Shown piece after piece: positions 14,831 through 23,791 of a DNA stretch of 26,090 nt. The stretch is taken from positions 1-26,090 of the forward strand of contig JAWXAY010000020.1 of NCBI GenBank assembly GCA_034439715.1, in the 5' to 3' direction. Every line of letters begins with the position of its first letter. Position 1 is the first letter of the stretch. The DNA comes from Pseudomonadota bacterium (GTDB taxonomy: Bacteria > Bdellovibrionota > Bdellovibrionia > Bdellovibrionales > SG-bin7). The notes beneath the pieces were generated by a model. That model did not search any database and was not told the origin of the DNA. It worked only from the letters and a program-made list of their open reading frames with translations. A program made the translations under genes and the position numbers.

Positions 14831-15112
14831 CTGAAATTCTTCGTTTAAAAACTCTGATGGTGAGGGGTGCTTAAGCGACGCTCTTACTAGGCGACGACCA
14901 TTTGGCGTCAAGCTATTCCGTATGTCCTTTTGTTCTATATCAAAACAGATAATAATTGCTTTCTTATGATCATCATAGTCGTGCATCAACATTTGATTGT
15001 CTCTTCTGCTAAAATATAGTTTTACAAATTTTCGGTCCTGCTTAATCTGATACGTCCGAATTAACAGGTTTTTGAGTTCCGAAAAGGCGGACATTAGTTC
15101 TCGTTGTTGCAC
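14807..15112 (-). CDS. Hypothetical protein
   Basis: 101-aa ORF; GTG preceded by AAGGA; convergent 24-bp overlap with the previous gene. Confidence 0.5.
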   Translation of the reverse strand: MQQRELMSAFSELKNLLIRTYQIKQDRKFVKLYFSRRDNQMLMHDYDDHKKAIIICFDIEQKDIRNSLTPNGRRLVRASLKHPSPSEFLNEEFQLNGFFRS

Positions 15113-15315
15113 TTTAAATCCTTTCTGCCAGAAAGAAGATTAAAATTGCAAAATTTGAACCTATACCACCATGCGATTTTCAACCCTTCAGACCGATAAT
15201 ATGAAATCTTAGAGCCGAATGAGTTTTGGAATAAATACAATTATTTCTTCAAGGTTTGACAAGTTCCCACTGGGGCTAATAAGTGACTACTCACAATCCC
15301 TCTAAGGAACCTCAA

Positions 15316-15903
15316 ATGTTGAAAATTTATTTTGCATTACTTCTCTCTTTGTTGAACAGCCCTATGATGGTTTCTGCCGCTGACTATCCTGCTAACCATT
15401 GCGAGATCTACGTCGACAAAGCAGCAGCCTGGAGCAGCAGTTACGGTTATGCGGGAGTGACTTTTAAAATAAAGACTATGCCCAGCCGTATAGATGGAGC
15501 AATTAAGCAAGTCGGCTTCCATTCAATTGTTCGAAGTACTCCCAAGATTGAGGCCTTCTGTAAAGCCCATCCTCCCTCAAATGGAAATTCGAACGACTGC
15601 GACTTTGTTGATAAGTGGATGGATCGACCAGCTCAATCCTTTTTCGGGCCCGATTACTTTAGAATCGATTTTGAGCTTTACCACATGTACACCTTTGATC
15701 ACATTTTCGAAGGTGTGTTCTATGTCGAAACCGTCAAAGGCACGAGGTATTGGCTGGCTCCAGCTAGTGGTGGAAACTTCTTTGTGGACCAAAATTTACG
15801 ATCGAATTTGCTGAGCCTCGGAAGTGGCGGCTACTTCAAGCAGGGAAAAGATCTTAGTACAGCTGATGTGTTTGATTACGTAAATCCGTCACATTGTCGC
15901 TAA
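15316..15903 (+). CDS. Secreted hypothetical protein (beta-rich, 4 Cys)
   Basis: ATG at 15316 follows AAGGA. Signal peptide MLKIYFALLLSLLNSPMMVSA. Mature part is aromatic-rich. Confidence 0.75.
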   Translation: MLKIYFALLLSLLNSPMMVSAADYPANHCEIYVDKAAAWSSSYGYAGVTFKIKTMPSRIDGAIKQVGFHSIVRSTPKIEAFCKAHPPSNGNSNDCDFVDKWMDRPAQSFFGPDYFRIDFELYHMYTFDHIFEGVFYVETVKGTRYWLAPASGGNFFVDQNLRSNLLSLGSGGYFKQGKDLSTADVFDYVNPSHCR

Positions 15904-15904
15904 C

Positions 15905-16630
15905 CTAAAATTCGAACAGTTTTAGCCCATCAAAAAATAACTTAATGGCTAATAGTGAAATCACTATTTTAACGGCAATTGTAAATTTTTGAGTCGGAAT
16001 TCTATTTAGCAATTTTTTGCCAACCCAGTTTCCTAAGAAACCGAAGGCAATCATGCCTATCATAATGGGGAGATAGGGCCCAATGACAAAACCGAGTGAG
16101 AAAAAGACCAAAATTTTCACGAAGTGAGTGCCGGCTTGGCAAGCCGCTTGAGTTGCGACTAAGTTCTCTCTTTTTAAATCATTACGCACTAAAAAGGCAG
16201 CTAGTAACGGTCCGACGGCTCCGATAAAAAGAGATAAAAAAGTAATGATTCCGCCGAGAAAAAAAAACTGGCCTGGTATTTTAATGTTTGATTTGAGCTT
16301 TGGCAGCCAAGTGAGAACAATAGTTACCACTGCAATTAAAATTTTAAATTCTCTTTCGGGTAAGTTTATTACCACTTGAGAGCCGAGCAGACCGCCTACT
16401 ATGCCACCCGCGAACGATGCTAGCGCAATATCCCTTACGATATTCTTAAAGCTTAGTGCCACTCGCGAAAGGTTACTGGATAGCTGAACTATACCATGGA
16501 GAGGAATTAAAATCGCCGGCGGAAAAAAAACCGCCATATAGCTCATGAGTAGAACACCACCTGCCATGCCGATGGTACCCGAAACTATCGCGGTCAAAAA
16601 GCTTGCGAGGTAGAGATGCCAATCAGCCAT
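15905..16630 (-). CDS. Sulfite exporter TauE/SafE family membrane protein
   Basis: GTIGMAGGVLL, PLHGIVQLSSN, GAVGPLL, VATQAACQAGTH; about 8 TM segments in 241 aa. Confidence 0.88.
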   Translation of the reverse strand: MADWHLYLASFLTAIVSGTIGMAGGVLLMSYMAVFFPPAILIPLHGIVQLSSNLSRVALSFKNIVRDIALASFAGGIVGGLLGSQVVINLPEREFKILIAVVTIVLTWLPKLKSNIKIPGQFFFLGGIITFLSLFIGAVGPLLAAFLVRNDLKRENLVATQAACQAGTHFVKILVFFSLGFVIGPYLPIMIGMIAFGFLGNWVGKKLLNRIPTQKFTIAVKIVISLLAIKLFFDGLKLFEF

Positions 16631-16633
16631 TTG

Positions 16634-18451
16634 TTAATCGTTGTCAGCAGAAACCGAAGAGCGTTTTCGTTTATGAATATCTAAATGGCGGCAGCGAATA
16701 CGAATATTTTGTGGAGTGACCTCCAAGAGCTCATCGTCAGAGATCCAATCTAAGCCGTCTTCAAGTGTCATTGCTTTAATAGATGTGAGGCGAATTGCTT
16801 CTTCACTGCCGGAAGCCCTATGGTTTGTCAGTTTTTTTTCTTTACAAACATTCACAACCATATCTGTTGATTTGGCGTTCTCTCCGATAATCATCCCTTC
16901 GTAAACAGCCGTATTAGGAATGATGAAATGTCTCCCGCGAGCCTCTAAATGATAGAGTGCATAGGGATTAGCTTTGCCCATACGATCAGATACCAATGCT
17001 CCCGTTGTGCGGCCACCGATATCGCCCTTATAGGGTTCGTAACCGGCAAATTCTGTATTGATCAGTCCTGTGCCTTTGGTGTCGGTCAAAAACTCACTGC
17101 GATACCCAAAGAGTCCACGAGAGGGAATCTTAAATTCTAAGCGAGCTCGCCCAGAGCCCTTATTAATCATGTTAGTTAATATACCGCGCCTTGAACCCAT
17201 CTTTTGAGTCACAATGCCAGTAAATTCTTCCGCGACATCTACCGTGATATGCTCCATGGGTTCGCATAAGACGTTGTCAATTTTTTTGTAAAGCGCTTGG
17301 GGCTTGCTGACTAAGAGTTCATAGCCCTCACGACGCATTTGTTCTAGCAAAATACAAAGTTGTAATTCCCCTCGACCTAAAATTTTCCAAGAGTCAGTAG
17401 CACTCGTTTTTTCCATTCTCAGCGCCACGTTGTGAAGTAATTCTTTATCCAAGCGATCTTTAATTTTTCGGCTAGTGACGTTGGTGCCCTCACGCCCACC
17501 AAATGGACTGTCATTAACCATCACTATGATTCCTACTGTTGGTTCTTCAACTATGATTCGAGGCAGCGGGCGAGGCTCTAACATCGACGTTAGCGTGTCG
17601 CCAATAAAAAAGTCCTCAAAGCCAGCTACAACTGCGATATCGCCGGCGTGCAATTCTTGGACTTGAATTTGTTCGCTGGCCTTATAAGAAAATAAGGCCT
17701 TAACTTTAAACTTGGTCTGTTTGTTTTCTTGCAATGCCAACAGATCATCACCCACTTTTATAGAACCAGCTTCAATGCGGCCTACAGCCAGTCGTCCTAC
17801 ATAGTCATTGTAAGAGACATTTGACACCAAGATTTGCAAGGAGCCTTTGGGATCAATGTCCGGCGGGGGAATGATAGCGATAATAGCTTCAAAGAGCGGC
17901 GTTAAGTCTTTACTTTTGTCTTCAGGATCTAAAAAAGCTTTACCTTCTCGAGCAATGGCGTAGATGGTTTTAAAATCACATTGTTCTTCGGTGGCATCAA
18001 GATCGATAAAGAGATTAAAGATTTCATTGTGGACTTCTTGAATCCGTGCGTCAGGTCTATCTATTTTGTTGATACACACAACAATTTTTAAATTTTTCTC
18101 AAGCGCCTTTTTCAGTACAAAACGTGTTTGAGGAAGGGGGCCTTCGCTGGCATCTACTAGCAACAGGCAGCCAGAAACCATATTAAGAATTCGCTCAACT
18201 TCGCCACCAAAATCACTATGTCCTGGAGTATCGACGATATTTACTTTAATTCCCTTATAATTAAACGAGGCATTTTTTGCTGCGATAGTGATTCCGCGTT
18301 CTTTCTCAAGGTCCATGGAGTCCATGTAGCGCTCGGTCATCGTTTCGTTAGAGCGAAACGTTCCGCTTTGTCGGAGCAAATGGTCGACGAGAGTTGTTTT
18401 TCCGTGATCCACGTGAGCAATGATGGCTATATTTCGTATTGGTACAGACAT
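16634..18451 (-). CDS. typA: Translational GTPase TypA/BipA
   Basis: IRNIAIIAHVDHGKTTLVD, ERGITI, DTPGHSDFGGEVER, NKID, GRGELQL, KKLTNHRASG, ELLEVTP. Confidence 0.98.
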   Translation of the reverse strand: MSVPIRNIAIIAHVDHGKTTLVDHLLRQSGTFRSNETMTERYMDSMDLEKERGITIAAKNASFNYKGIKVNIVDTPGHSDFGGEVERILNMVSGCLLLVDASEGPLPQTRFVLKKALEKNLKIVVCINKIDRPDARIQEVHNEIFNLFIDLDATEEQCDFKTIYAIAREGKAFLDPEDKSKDLTPLFEAIIAIIPPPDIDPKGSLQILVSNVSYNDYVGRLAVGRIEAGSIKVGDDLLALQENKQTKFKVKALFSYKASEQIQVQELHAGDIAVVAGFEDFFIGDTLTSMLEPRPLPRIIVEEPTVGIIVMVNDSPFGGREGTNVTSRKIKDRLDKELLHNVALRMEKTSATDSWKILGRGELQLCILLEQMRREGYELLVSKPQALYKKIDNVLCEPMEHITVDVAEEFTGIVTQKMGSRRGILTNMINKGSGRARLEFKIPSRGLFGYRSEFLTDTKGTGLINTEFAGYEPYKGDIGGRTTGALVSDRMGKANPYALYHLEARGRHFIIPNTAVYEGMIIGENAKSTDMVVNVCKEKKLTNHRASGSEEAIRLTSIKAMTLEDGLDWISDDELLEVTPQNIRIRCRHLDIHKRKRSSVSADND

Positions 18452-18486
18452 AAGTGGCTTATATTGTCACAGGCAGAAGCGCCTAG

Positions 18487-19836
18487 TCAACTGGGGGCAG
18501 GACGTTTTCTACCTTTTCTTTTCAGAGTTTTCATATCAAACACGATGATGGGTCTGATAATAGCGCCAAACATTGGGCGAAGGGCTACTATCTTCCCGAA
18601 AAAGGGAATTTCCTTCATAGGAATGCCCAAAGATCGAGGCATCAGGAATAAGGGAACCACCCGCAACATTGTCGATAACAAAAAAACGCTATGATAGGCA
18701 GAAATACTTTCACCCAGAGCGCGTAAGAGAAAGCCGCCGATAAATGAGCCAATGAGTATTCCACCGTAGTTCAAAAGATTGAAAGTTGACATAAAACTAG
18801 CGCGGTCTTTGTTGGGAATGCGATTAAAAAAAGTCAAAAATGTCCCGAGTTCAAGTGCTGCCCAAAAGGCTCCGCCTAACACTTCTAAAAAAAATAGAAA
18901 ACCTAAGTTGCTGGATATAATCCACAACGACGGAAGTAATATGACTCCTGACGTGCCAGTGACGAGTAGGTAGTCAACGGACTTTCTTTGGGCCAATTTC
19001 GACCAAATTGGCAGCATAAAAAATTTTGCTAAGAAGGCTACGGCTACAAGACTGGCATATGTTCCATAAGGAAGTTTTAATTTAGATAACATGTAGGGTG
19101 CAAAAAACGGCGACGCCACATTGGCGGTCATCTGCAACAGGATGAGGTACAAATAGACCTTGCCTAAGGAGGATCGACCCAGTGTTTTTAAAACTGATGG
19201 AAACGAAACCCGGTTAATTTGCAACGCTAATTCGGGAGTTTCAGAGTGGGAGAACAGCAAGACAGTTGAGATTAAACGACAGAGAGCCGCCAACAGAAAC
19301 AAGACAGAAAATTCCCGAGCTCCAGATATGTCATTCCCTGTCACTTGTAAAAAAAATCCTCCTAGCAAGAGACTCAGGAGAGCAAATATTTGAAGGTAAC
19401 GACTACGCTTAGCAAAATACTTTATTTGAAGGCGTTTGGGAATAAGCGAACCCATCCAGGCACTCCAAGCAGGACCTGCCGCCATGCTCGAGGACCAGTA
19501 AAATAGTGCTGCGATAAAAATTGTTACTTTAGATTGAGAGGGGCCAAGCGCTAAATAAGAAAAAAACAATAGGCTCAAAGATTGTATGCCCGTGCAAACG
19601 CACACCCATATCCGGTAGGAGCGTAGTGATTTAACTCCCCAAGGTACGATCAGTTGAAACAGTGAACCCAGTAACATGGGTACAACACTGATAAGCCCCG
19701 CAAAGGTATCTGTGGCGCCAGTGGCAAGGGCAAACGCTATAAAATAGGTCTCACCAAATCCCACCATGGCACTATAGAAAATGCCATCAGTTGTGCAGGC
19801 TTTTAAGTTCCATTTTATGGAGGAAGGCTGTGACAT
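18487..19836 (-). CDS. MFS transporter
   Basis: About 12 hydrophobic segments; DGIFYSAMVGFGETY, PAWSAWMGSLIP, SPFFAPYML. Confidence 0.85.
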   Translation of the reverse strand: MSQPSSIKWNLKACTTDGIFYSAMVGFGETYFIAFALATGATDTFAGLISVVPMLLGSLFQLIVPWGVKSLRSYRIWVCVCTGIQSLSLLFFSYLALGPSQSKVTIFIAALFYWSSSMAAGPAWSAWMGSLIPKRLQIKYFAKRSRYLQIFALLSLLLGGFFLQVTGNDISGAREFSVLFLLAALCRLISTVLLFSHSETPELALQINRVSFPSVLKTLGRSSLGKVYLYLILLQMTANVASPFFAPYMLSKLKLPYGTYASLVAVAFLAKFFMLPIWSKLAQRKSVDYLLVTGTSGVILLPSLWIISSNLGFLFFLEVLGGAFWAALELGTFLTFFNRIPNKDRASFMSTFNLLNYGGILIGSFIGGFLLRALGESISAYHSVFLLSTMLRVVPLFLMPRSLGIPMKEIPFFGKIVALRPMFGAIIRPIIVFDMKTLKRKGRKRPAPS

Positions 19837-19881
19837 TTATCCAATCCTACAGGAAATTGGTTCAAATTCCGACATGGTTTT

Positions 19882-20163
19882 ATGTGGCGATTTTTAATAG
19901 GCACATCATTTTTAGTATTAAGTAAAGTTAGTTTGGCTGAATATCGGGCGTTTGAATTAAGAATTTCAAATACCCAAACTGGTAAAAACCGCATCGTGAG
20001 ATCAATATTAGACCAAGGTCAATACCCTCAGTACTATTACCTTTCTGCGGCTGAGATTATAGAATACCAAGACTCTTGGATGTGTTACGAGCGCAGTGAT
20101 CACTTCAAGCCGATCTGCGCCAATCCCAATGAGTCGCAAGAGCGCGCACCTACTCCACCTTGA
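19882..20163 (+). CDS. Small secreted hypothetical protein
   Basis: Signal peptide ending VSLA-EYRAF; WMC...C pair; Pro-rich tail. Confidence 0.7.
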   Translation: MWRFLIGTSFLVLSKVSLAEYRAFELRISNTQTGKNRIVRSILDQGQYPQYYYLSAAEIIEYQDSWMCYERSDHFKPICANPNESQERAPTPP

Positions 20164-20238
20164 TCGGGTCCTGAGGTTTAACTTTTTTAGAATACATGAT
20201 ATTATTATATTGAGACATGGAGGTTTCAAGCGGTCGTT

Positions 20239-21804
20239 ATGGCTGATAAAGTTTTACTTCAATCTACAGCGGCTGATCAAAGTAAGGATTTGCAAGATCT
20301 CTATAAGGGATATCAGAAACGTCGCCAGCAGGTCGTCGAAAAGGGCGAAGAAGAACTTCGCCAGGCGACAGAGAATTATCAAGCTCGCAAAATGGGTCTG
20401 CTAGAAGCTAATGAGGCGACCGTCAATCATATCAACAAAGCTAACAAAGATCAGATCACTGATGCTAAACATCGTGGCTACGAGAATCTCAAGACAATAA
20501 AAAATCAGTTTATCGACGAGTCTGAAGCGACAAAGAATCTTCAAAAAGGAAAAATCGAAAGTATGCATGGACAAATAAAGGCCCAAGAAAAATCTATGGG
20601 TCAAAATGTTGATGCACTAAATGAAAAACAAAAAGAGTTGCAGAATAAACATGTAGATAGTATCGAGAACTTAAGGCAAACCCACCAAAAAGAAGAAAAG
20701 GGTTTAAGGATAAAATCGTCGAGACAGATTTCGGAGTCCCAAGCAGAAGAGCGCGAAAGGGTTAAAAATCTCAAAGAAAAATCGTCAGAAGTTTTTACCG
20801 AATTGCGCGCTGACTTTAAAGAGGATATCGATCGAGAGCGAGATCGAAACACTCAGGTAGCCCGCGAAGCGCGAGATAAGGGTTCCAAGGAGCTCACTAA
20901 AATCGCCCAAGACAATCAGCTTAAATTTAAAAAAATTAAAGAAGAGGATTCGCAGAGATTAAATCGAGAGCATGATCAGTTTTTAGAAGCAATACAAAAA
21001 GAGAGAGCGACTGGCAAGGCCCAGGTGCAAGACCTTCGACAAGATAATGGGTTAAAGATAGTGACTGAAAGAGATCGACGGCTTGAACAACTGGGTAAAG
21101 TGAGAAAATCATATGAAGAAAAAATTGCGGCTCTTCATGGTAAAGGCAATGAGCGAGTCAATGAACAAAATGAGTTACAAAAAAAACGCCTCAAAGAAAT
21201 GAAAGAAAAATTTCAGGAGCAATCTAAGTATCTGCAAACCGAAACAGATAAAGATCGTGGCTTCTTAAAGGCCAAGTATAGTTCTCAAATCGAAAACGAC
21301 AAAGAGCTATATCGTGGCAATTTAAAAATGCAGAAAAAGGAATTTGACAAAACCTTTGACCATAATACTAAGTTTGGCCGTGAGGCACTGACAAATCAGC
21401 GCGAAAATGTTATTCGCGAGCTCAGTAAGCAGCGCCACAAGCTCACGACGAAGCTTGATAAGTATAAAGGCCTTGGCGAGGATCCTTTTTATGGAGTCAA
21501 ACATCTCGAGACTGAGCTAAAGGAAACTGATCGGGCGTATATTTTGTCGGCAACGGTGCCCGAACATCTCAAACGAGATGTCAAAGTAACAGTGCAAAAA
21601 GACAAAATTCGAGTTTCGGGTCATAGGGCTTTTCAGGAAGATTTAAAGTCTGAAGAGGGTGAGCATCGATTAAAAACAGATAGCTTTCAGACGTTTCATG
21701 AAGAATTTAAATTTGGCACGCCAGTTTTAGAAAAACATTATGTCGAAAAATATGAGGGCGGAGTTTTAACTTTAGTGATTCCTAAGGTGGGAACGGTTGT
21801 TTAG
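20239..21804 (+). CDS. Long coiled-coil protein with C-terminal Hsp20/alpha-crystallin domain
   Basis: About 410 aa rich in K/E/Q/R with no Pro before DPFY, then ELKETDRAYILSATVP, VKVTVQKDKIRVSG, FHEEFKF and YEGGVLTLVIPK (alpha-crystallin domain signature). Confidence 0.82.
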   Translation: MADKVLLQSTAADQSKDLQDLYKGYQKRRQQVVEKGEEELRQATENYQARKMGLLEANEATVNHINKANKDQITDAKHRGYENLKTIKNQFIDESEATKNLQKGKIESMHGQIKAQEKSMGQNVDALNEKQKELQNKHVDSIENLRQTHQKEEKGLRIKSSRQISESQAEERERVKNLKEKSSEVFTELRADFKEDIDRERDRNTQVAREARDKGSKELTKIAQDNQLKFKKIKEEDSQRLNREHDQFLEAIQKERATGKAQVQDLRQDNGLKIVTERDRRLEQLGKVRKSYEEKIAALHGKGNERVNEQNELQKKRLKEMKEKFQEQSKYLQTETDKDRGFLKAKYSSQIENDKELYRGNLKMQKKEFDKTFDHNTKFGREALTNQRENVIRELSKQRHKLTTKLDKYKGLGEDPFYGVKHLETELKETDRAYILSATVPEHLKRDVKVTVQKDKIRVSGHRAFQEDLKSEEGEHRLKTDSFQTFHEEFKFGTPVLEKHYVEKYEGGVLTLVIPKVGTVV

Positions 21805-21809
21805 CTATT

Positions 21810-22022
21810 CTATTTTCGAAGTAAATCTTTAACTTCTGAAAGCATAAAACTAAGGCGAGAATTCAGATCAATAACTCTCGCCATGTTTTTTTCAAATAAC
21901 GAAAGCGAATCACTAGGCTCATCATTGAACAGCGTCTCAAGTTCTAACTCGACACACTCCTCTATACTTTCGACTTCAGTTTCAGTCTCAATTTCGTGTT
22001 TTAATACTTCTTGCCTTGCCAT
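21810..22022 (-). CDS. Small acidic hypothetical protein
   Basis: 70 aa; acidic N-half and amphipathic C-terminal helix (LNSRLSFMLSEVKDLL); AGGA upstream. Confidence 0.6.
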   Translation of the reverse strand: MARQEVLKHEIETETEVESIEECVELELETLFNDEPSDSLSLFEKNMARVIDLNSRLSFMLSEVKDLLRK

Positions 22023-22105
22023 AGTTTTAAATCCTATCTAAAGGTTCTATCAGATAACAACTTAAATAATCTTACAAATCATAAGCATATGAAAAATCTA
22101 CAGAT

Positions 22106-22723
22106 TTAATACTCACATTTTAAAGATGCTAAGTCTGTAGAGTTCACTTCACGTCGTTTATAACCGGAGGCCAGGCGTTCTGCCATTACACTGCCTGATA
22201 AATCATTATGAGAGAGTCCCAGTAAATGTCCTAGCTCGTGCAGAAATAGGCTTTCCAAATCTACGCTTGAGGCCACCAAACTATCACCAGAGAAGAAATT
22301 AAAATCCTTATCATTAACCCGAATGTCGCCTTCAACAATTTGATCGCCTTTCCAGTAAATCGTAGTGCGGGCTTGTTCGCTTGGCTTATCGGCCTCCCAG
22401 GTATTCATATAATAGATAATTGAAACACCATCGCGACTGGGCACTGGTGAGCCACCAATAACTCCTGCGATTGTAAAAAGGTGCTTTCCTAAAGCCGTTT
22501 CCCAAGTTTTAATTGCGGCGGTTAAGGCTGGAACAGCCTCTTTTTCTCTGGAAAACGATTCATGGATATAGATATTAATAGGGAGTGTGGCATTCCACGA
22601 TACGCGTTGTTGGAGGCTATTGCGGACGAAGTTACATGACTCCTCAGGCTTTACCTTTAGGCTACAGGCATTCAAGCTGAGTAGGGCTATTGATGAGATC
22701 ATGAGGGTAATAAACAACTTCAT
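22106..22723 (-). CDS. Matrixin (M10A/metzincin) metalloprotease lipoprotein
   Basis: ATG at 22723 follows AAGGAG. Lipobox LNAC; HELGHLLGLSH zinc motif; Met-turn SVM. Confidence 0.9.
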   Translation of the reverse strand: MKLFITLMISSIALLSLNACSLKVKPEESCNFVRNSLQQRVSWNATLPINIYIHESFSREKEAVPALTAAIKTWETALGKHLFTIAGVIGGSPVPSRDGVSIIYYMNTWEADKPSEQARTTIYWKGDQIVEGDIRVNDKDFNFFSGDSLVASSVDLESLFLHELGHLLGLSHNDLSGSVMAERLASGYKRREVNSTDLASLKCEY

Positions 22724-22987
22724 TTGTGCGCTCCTTACGGCTTTGTATCGCAAGGATGATGCCTACTAGGTTTTCACAGTGATATTGTAACTAGCTGACT
22801 TCACAGATGCTTTTTACGGTGACGTTATTGGTCTTTCTGTCGATTAATTTTGATAGTGTTAGTAATCTGTATAGTCTTTAAATCGGCCGTGTCGCAGGAA
22901 TCTCGTAACTAATTGAAATCTAGGGAGTATTAAACTGTCGTTTTCTTTGACAGCTGTTTTTAGTTAAACCGCCCTTAATTGTCTGGA

Positions 22988-23689
22988 TCAATTGGATTTC
23001 AACTCACCAGAGTAAGGGCCAGTCCAACCACGCGGAGTGGGAACTGAAAAATACTGCGTGGAGCTCGCCAAAATATTTTGTCTCTGTAAAACTTCGGTAA
23101 ACTTTGGTGGTAGCTCTTTCACGCCTGATCCTGTTCGGACCATCAGTCGTGAGGTATTCAGAATTTTATGTTTTTTGCCTTTGTTTTGAAGAAATACATG
23201 AAGCCGTCCGTTTTTAGACAAAACACCTTTAACTGATACTTCGGGTTTAGAAGAATCAGGCGTCACGTAAACCGAAGCTATAAATTTTAAGAGATACTTA
23301 ATGTCGATATTTTTATTAGTTGTTTTATCCACGTCAACCGAAATTTGTTCAGCCACTAATCGATAAGCTAGTTCTTGATCGACACTCTTTGCTCCCTGCC
23401 ACGTTACACGAATGGCACGTTTTTCTTGCGCCTTTAGCTGAAGAGCTCGAGGGAAGATAAAAAAATCATCTGTAGCAGTTCTTTGCTCTACTCCGTTAGC
23501 ACCATGCGTGCGTCGAAACATATTGATTTCAAGGGCAACAGGTTTTGAGCTTTTGTTTTCTACAAAAAATGTTTGGTTGGATCTTACTCCCGACGAAGAG
23601 AACTCTTTTTCCATCGGCGTCAACTCGAAAGCATGACCAACAGATAATGAACACAACATAAAAAGAGTAATAAAGAAATATTTTTTCAT
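22988..23689 (-). CDS. Fimbrial/pilus periplasmic chaperone (PapD-like)
   Basis: Signal peptide ending GHA; FFIFP-x3-L-x2-QEKRAIRVTW, ELAYRLVAEQ, SVYVTP and FLQNKGKKH are typical of chaperone-usher chaperones. Confidence 0.85.
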   Translation of the reverse strand: MKKYFFITLFMLCSLSVGHAFELTPMEKEFSSSGVRSNQTFFVENKSSKPVALEINMFRRTHGANGVEQRTATDDFFIFPRALQLKAQEKRAIRVTWQGAKSVDQELAYRLVAEQISVDVDKTTNKNIDIKYLLKFIASVYVTPDSSKPEVSVKGVLSKNGRLHVFLQNKGKKHKILNTSRLMVRTGSGVKELPPKFTEVLQRQNILASSTQYFSVPTPRGWTGPYSGELKSN

Positions 23690-23721
23690 CGTTTGCCTCT
23701 TTAGCTAAATCAAAAACCATT

Positions 23722-23755
23722 TAGAAATAAAGATGGCCGCTTTACGCGGCCATCT
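23722..23755 (-). terminator. Intrinsic terminator/stabilising hairpin between pilin and chaperone
   Basis: Perfect 10-bp inverted repeat AGATGGCCGC-tttac-GCGGCCATCT (23731-23755), followed on the minus strand by TTATTTCT. Confidence 0.8.
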
Positions 23756-23791
23756 CACTAACCTCTTTTAACAGAGCTAGTATACCAACAA

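Noticed and set aside
15192..15221. ACCGATAA and GCCGAATG sigma28-like -10 boxes
   Set aside because: No -35 element at the correct spacing.
18218..18694. 158-aa plus-strand ORF across typA/MFS
   Set aside because: Antisense to two well-supported genes.
22836..22953. Two similar CTGTCG...TTTGA(C/T)AG palindromes upstream of the matrixin gene
   Set aside because: Spacing differs by one base and the sequence is AT-rich; not supportable as an operator without genome-wide statistics.
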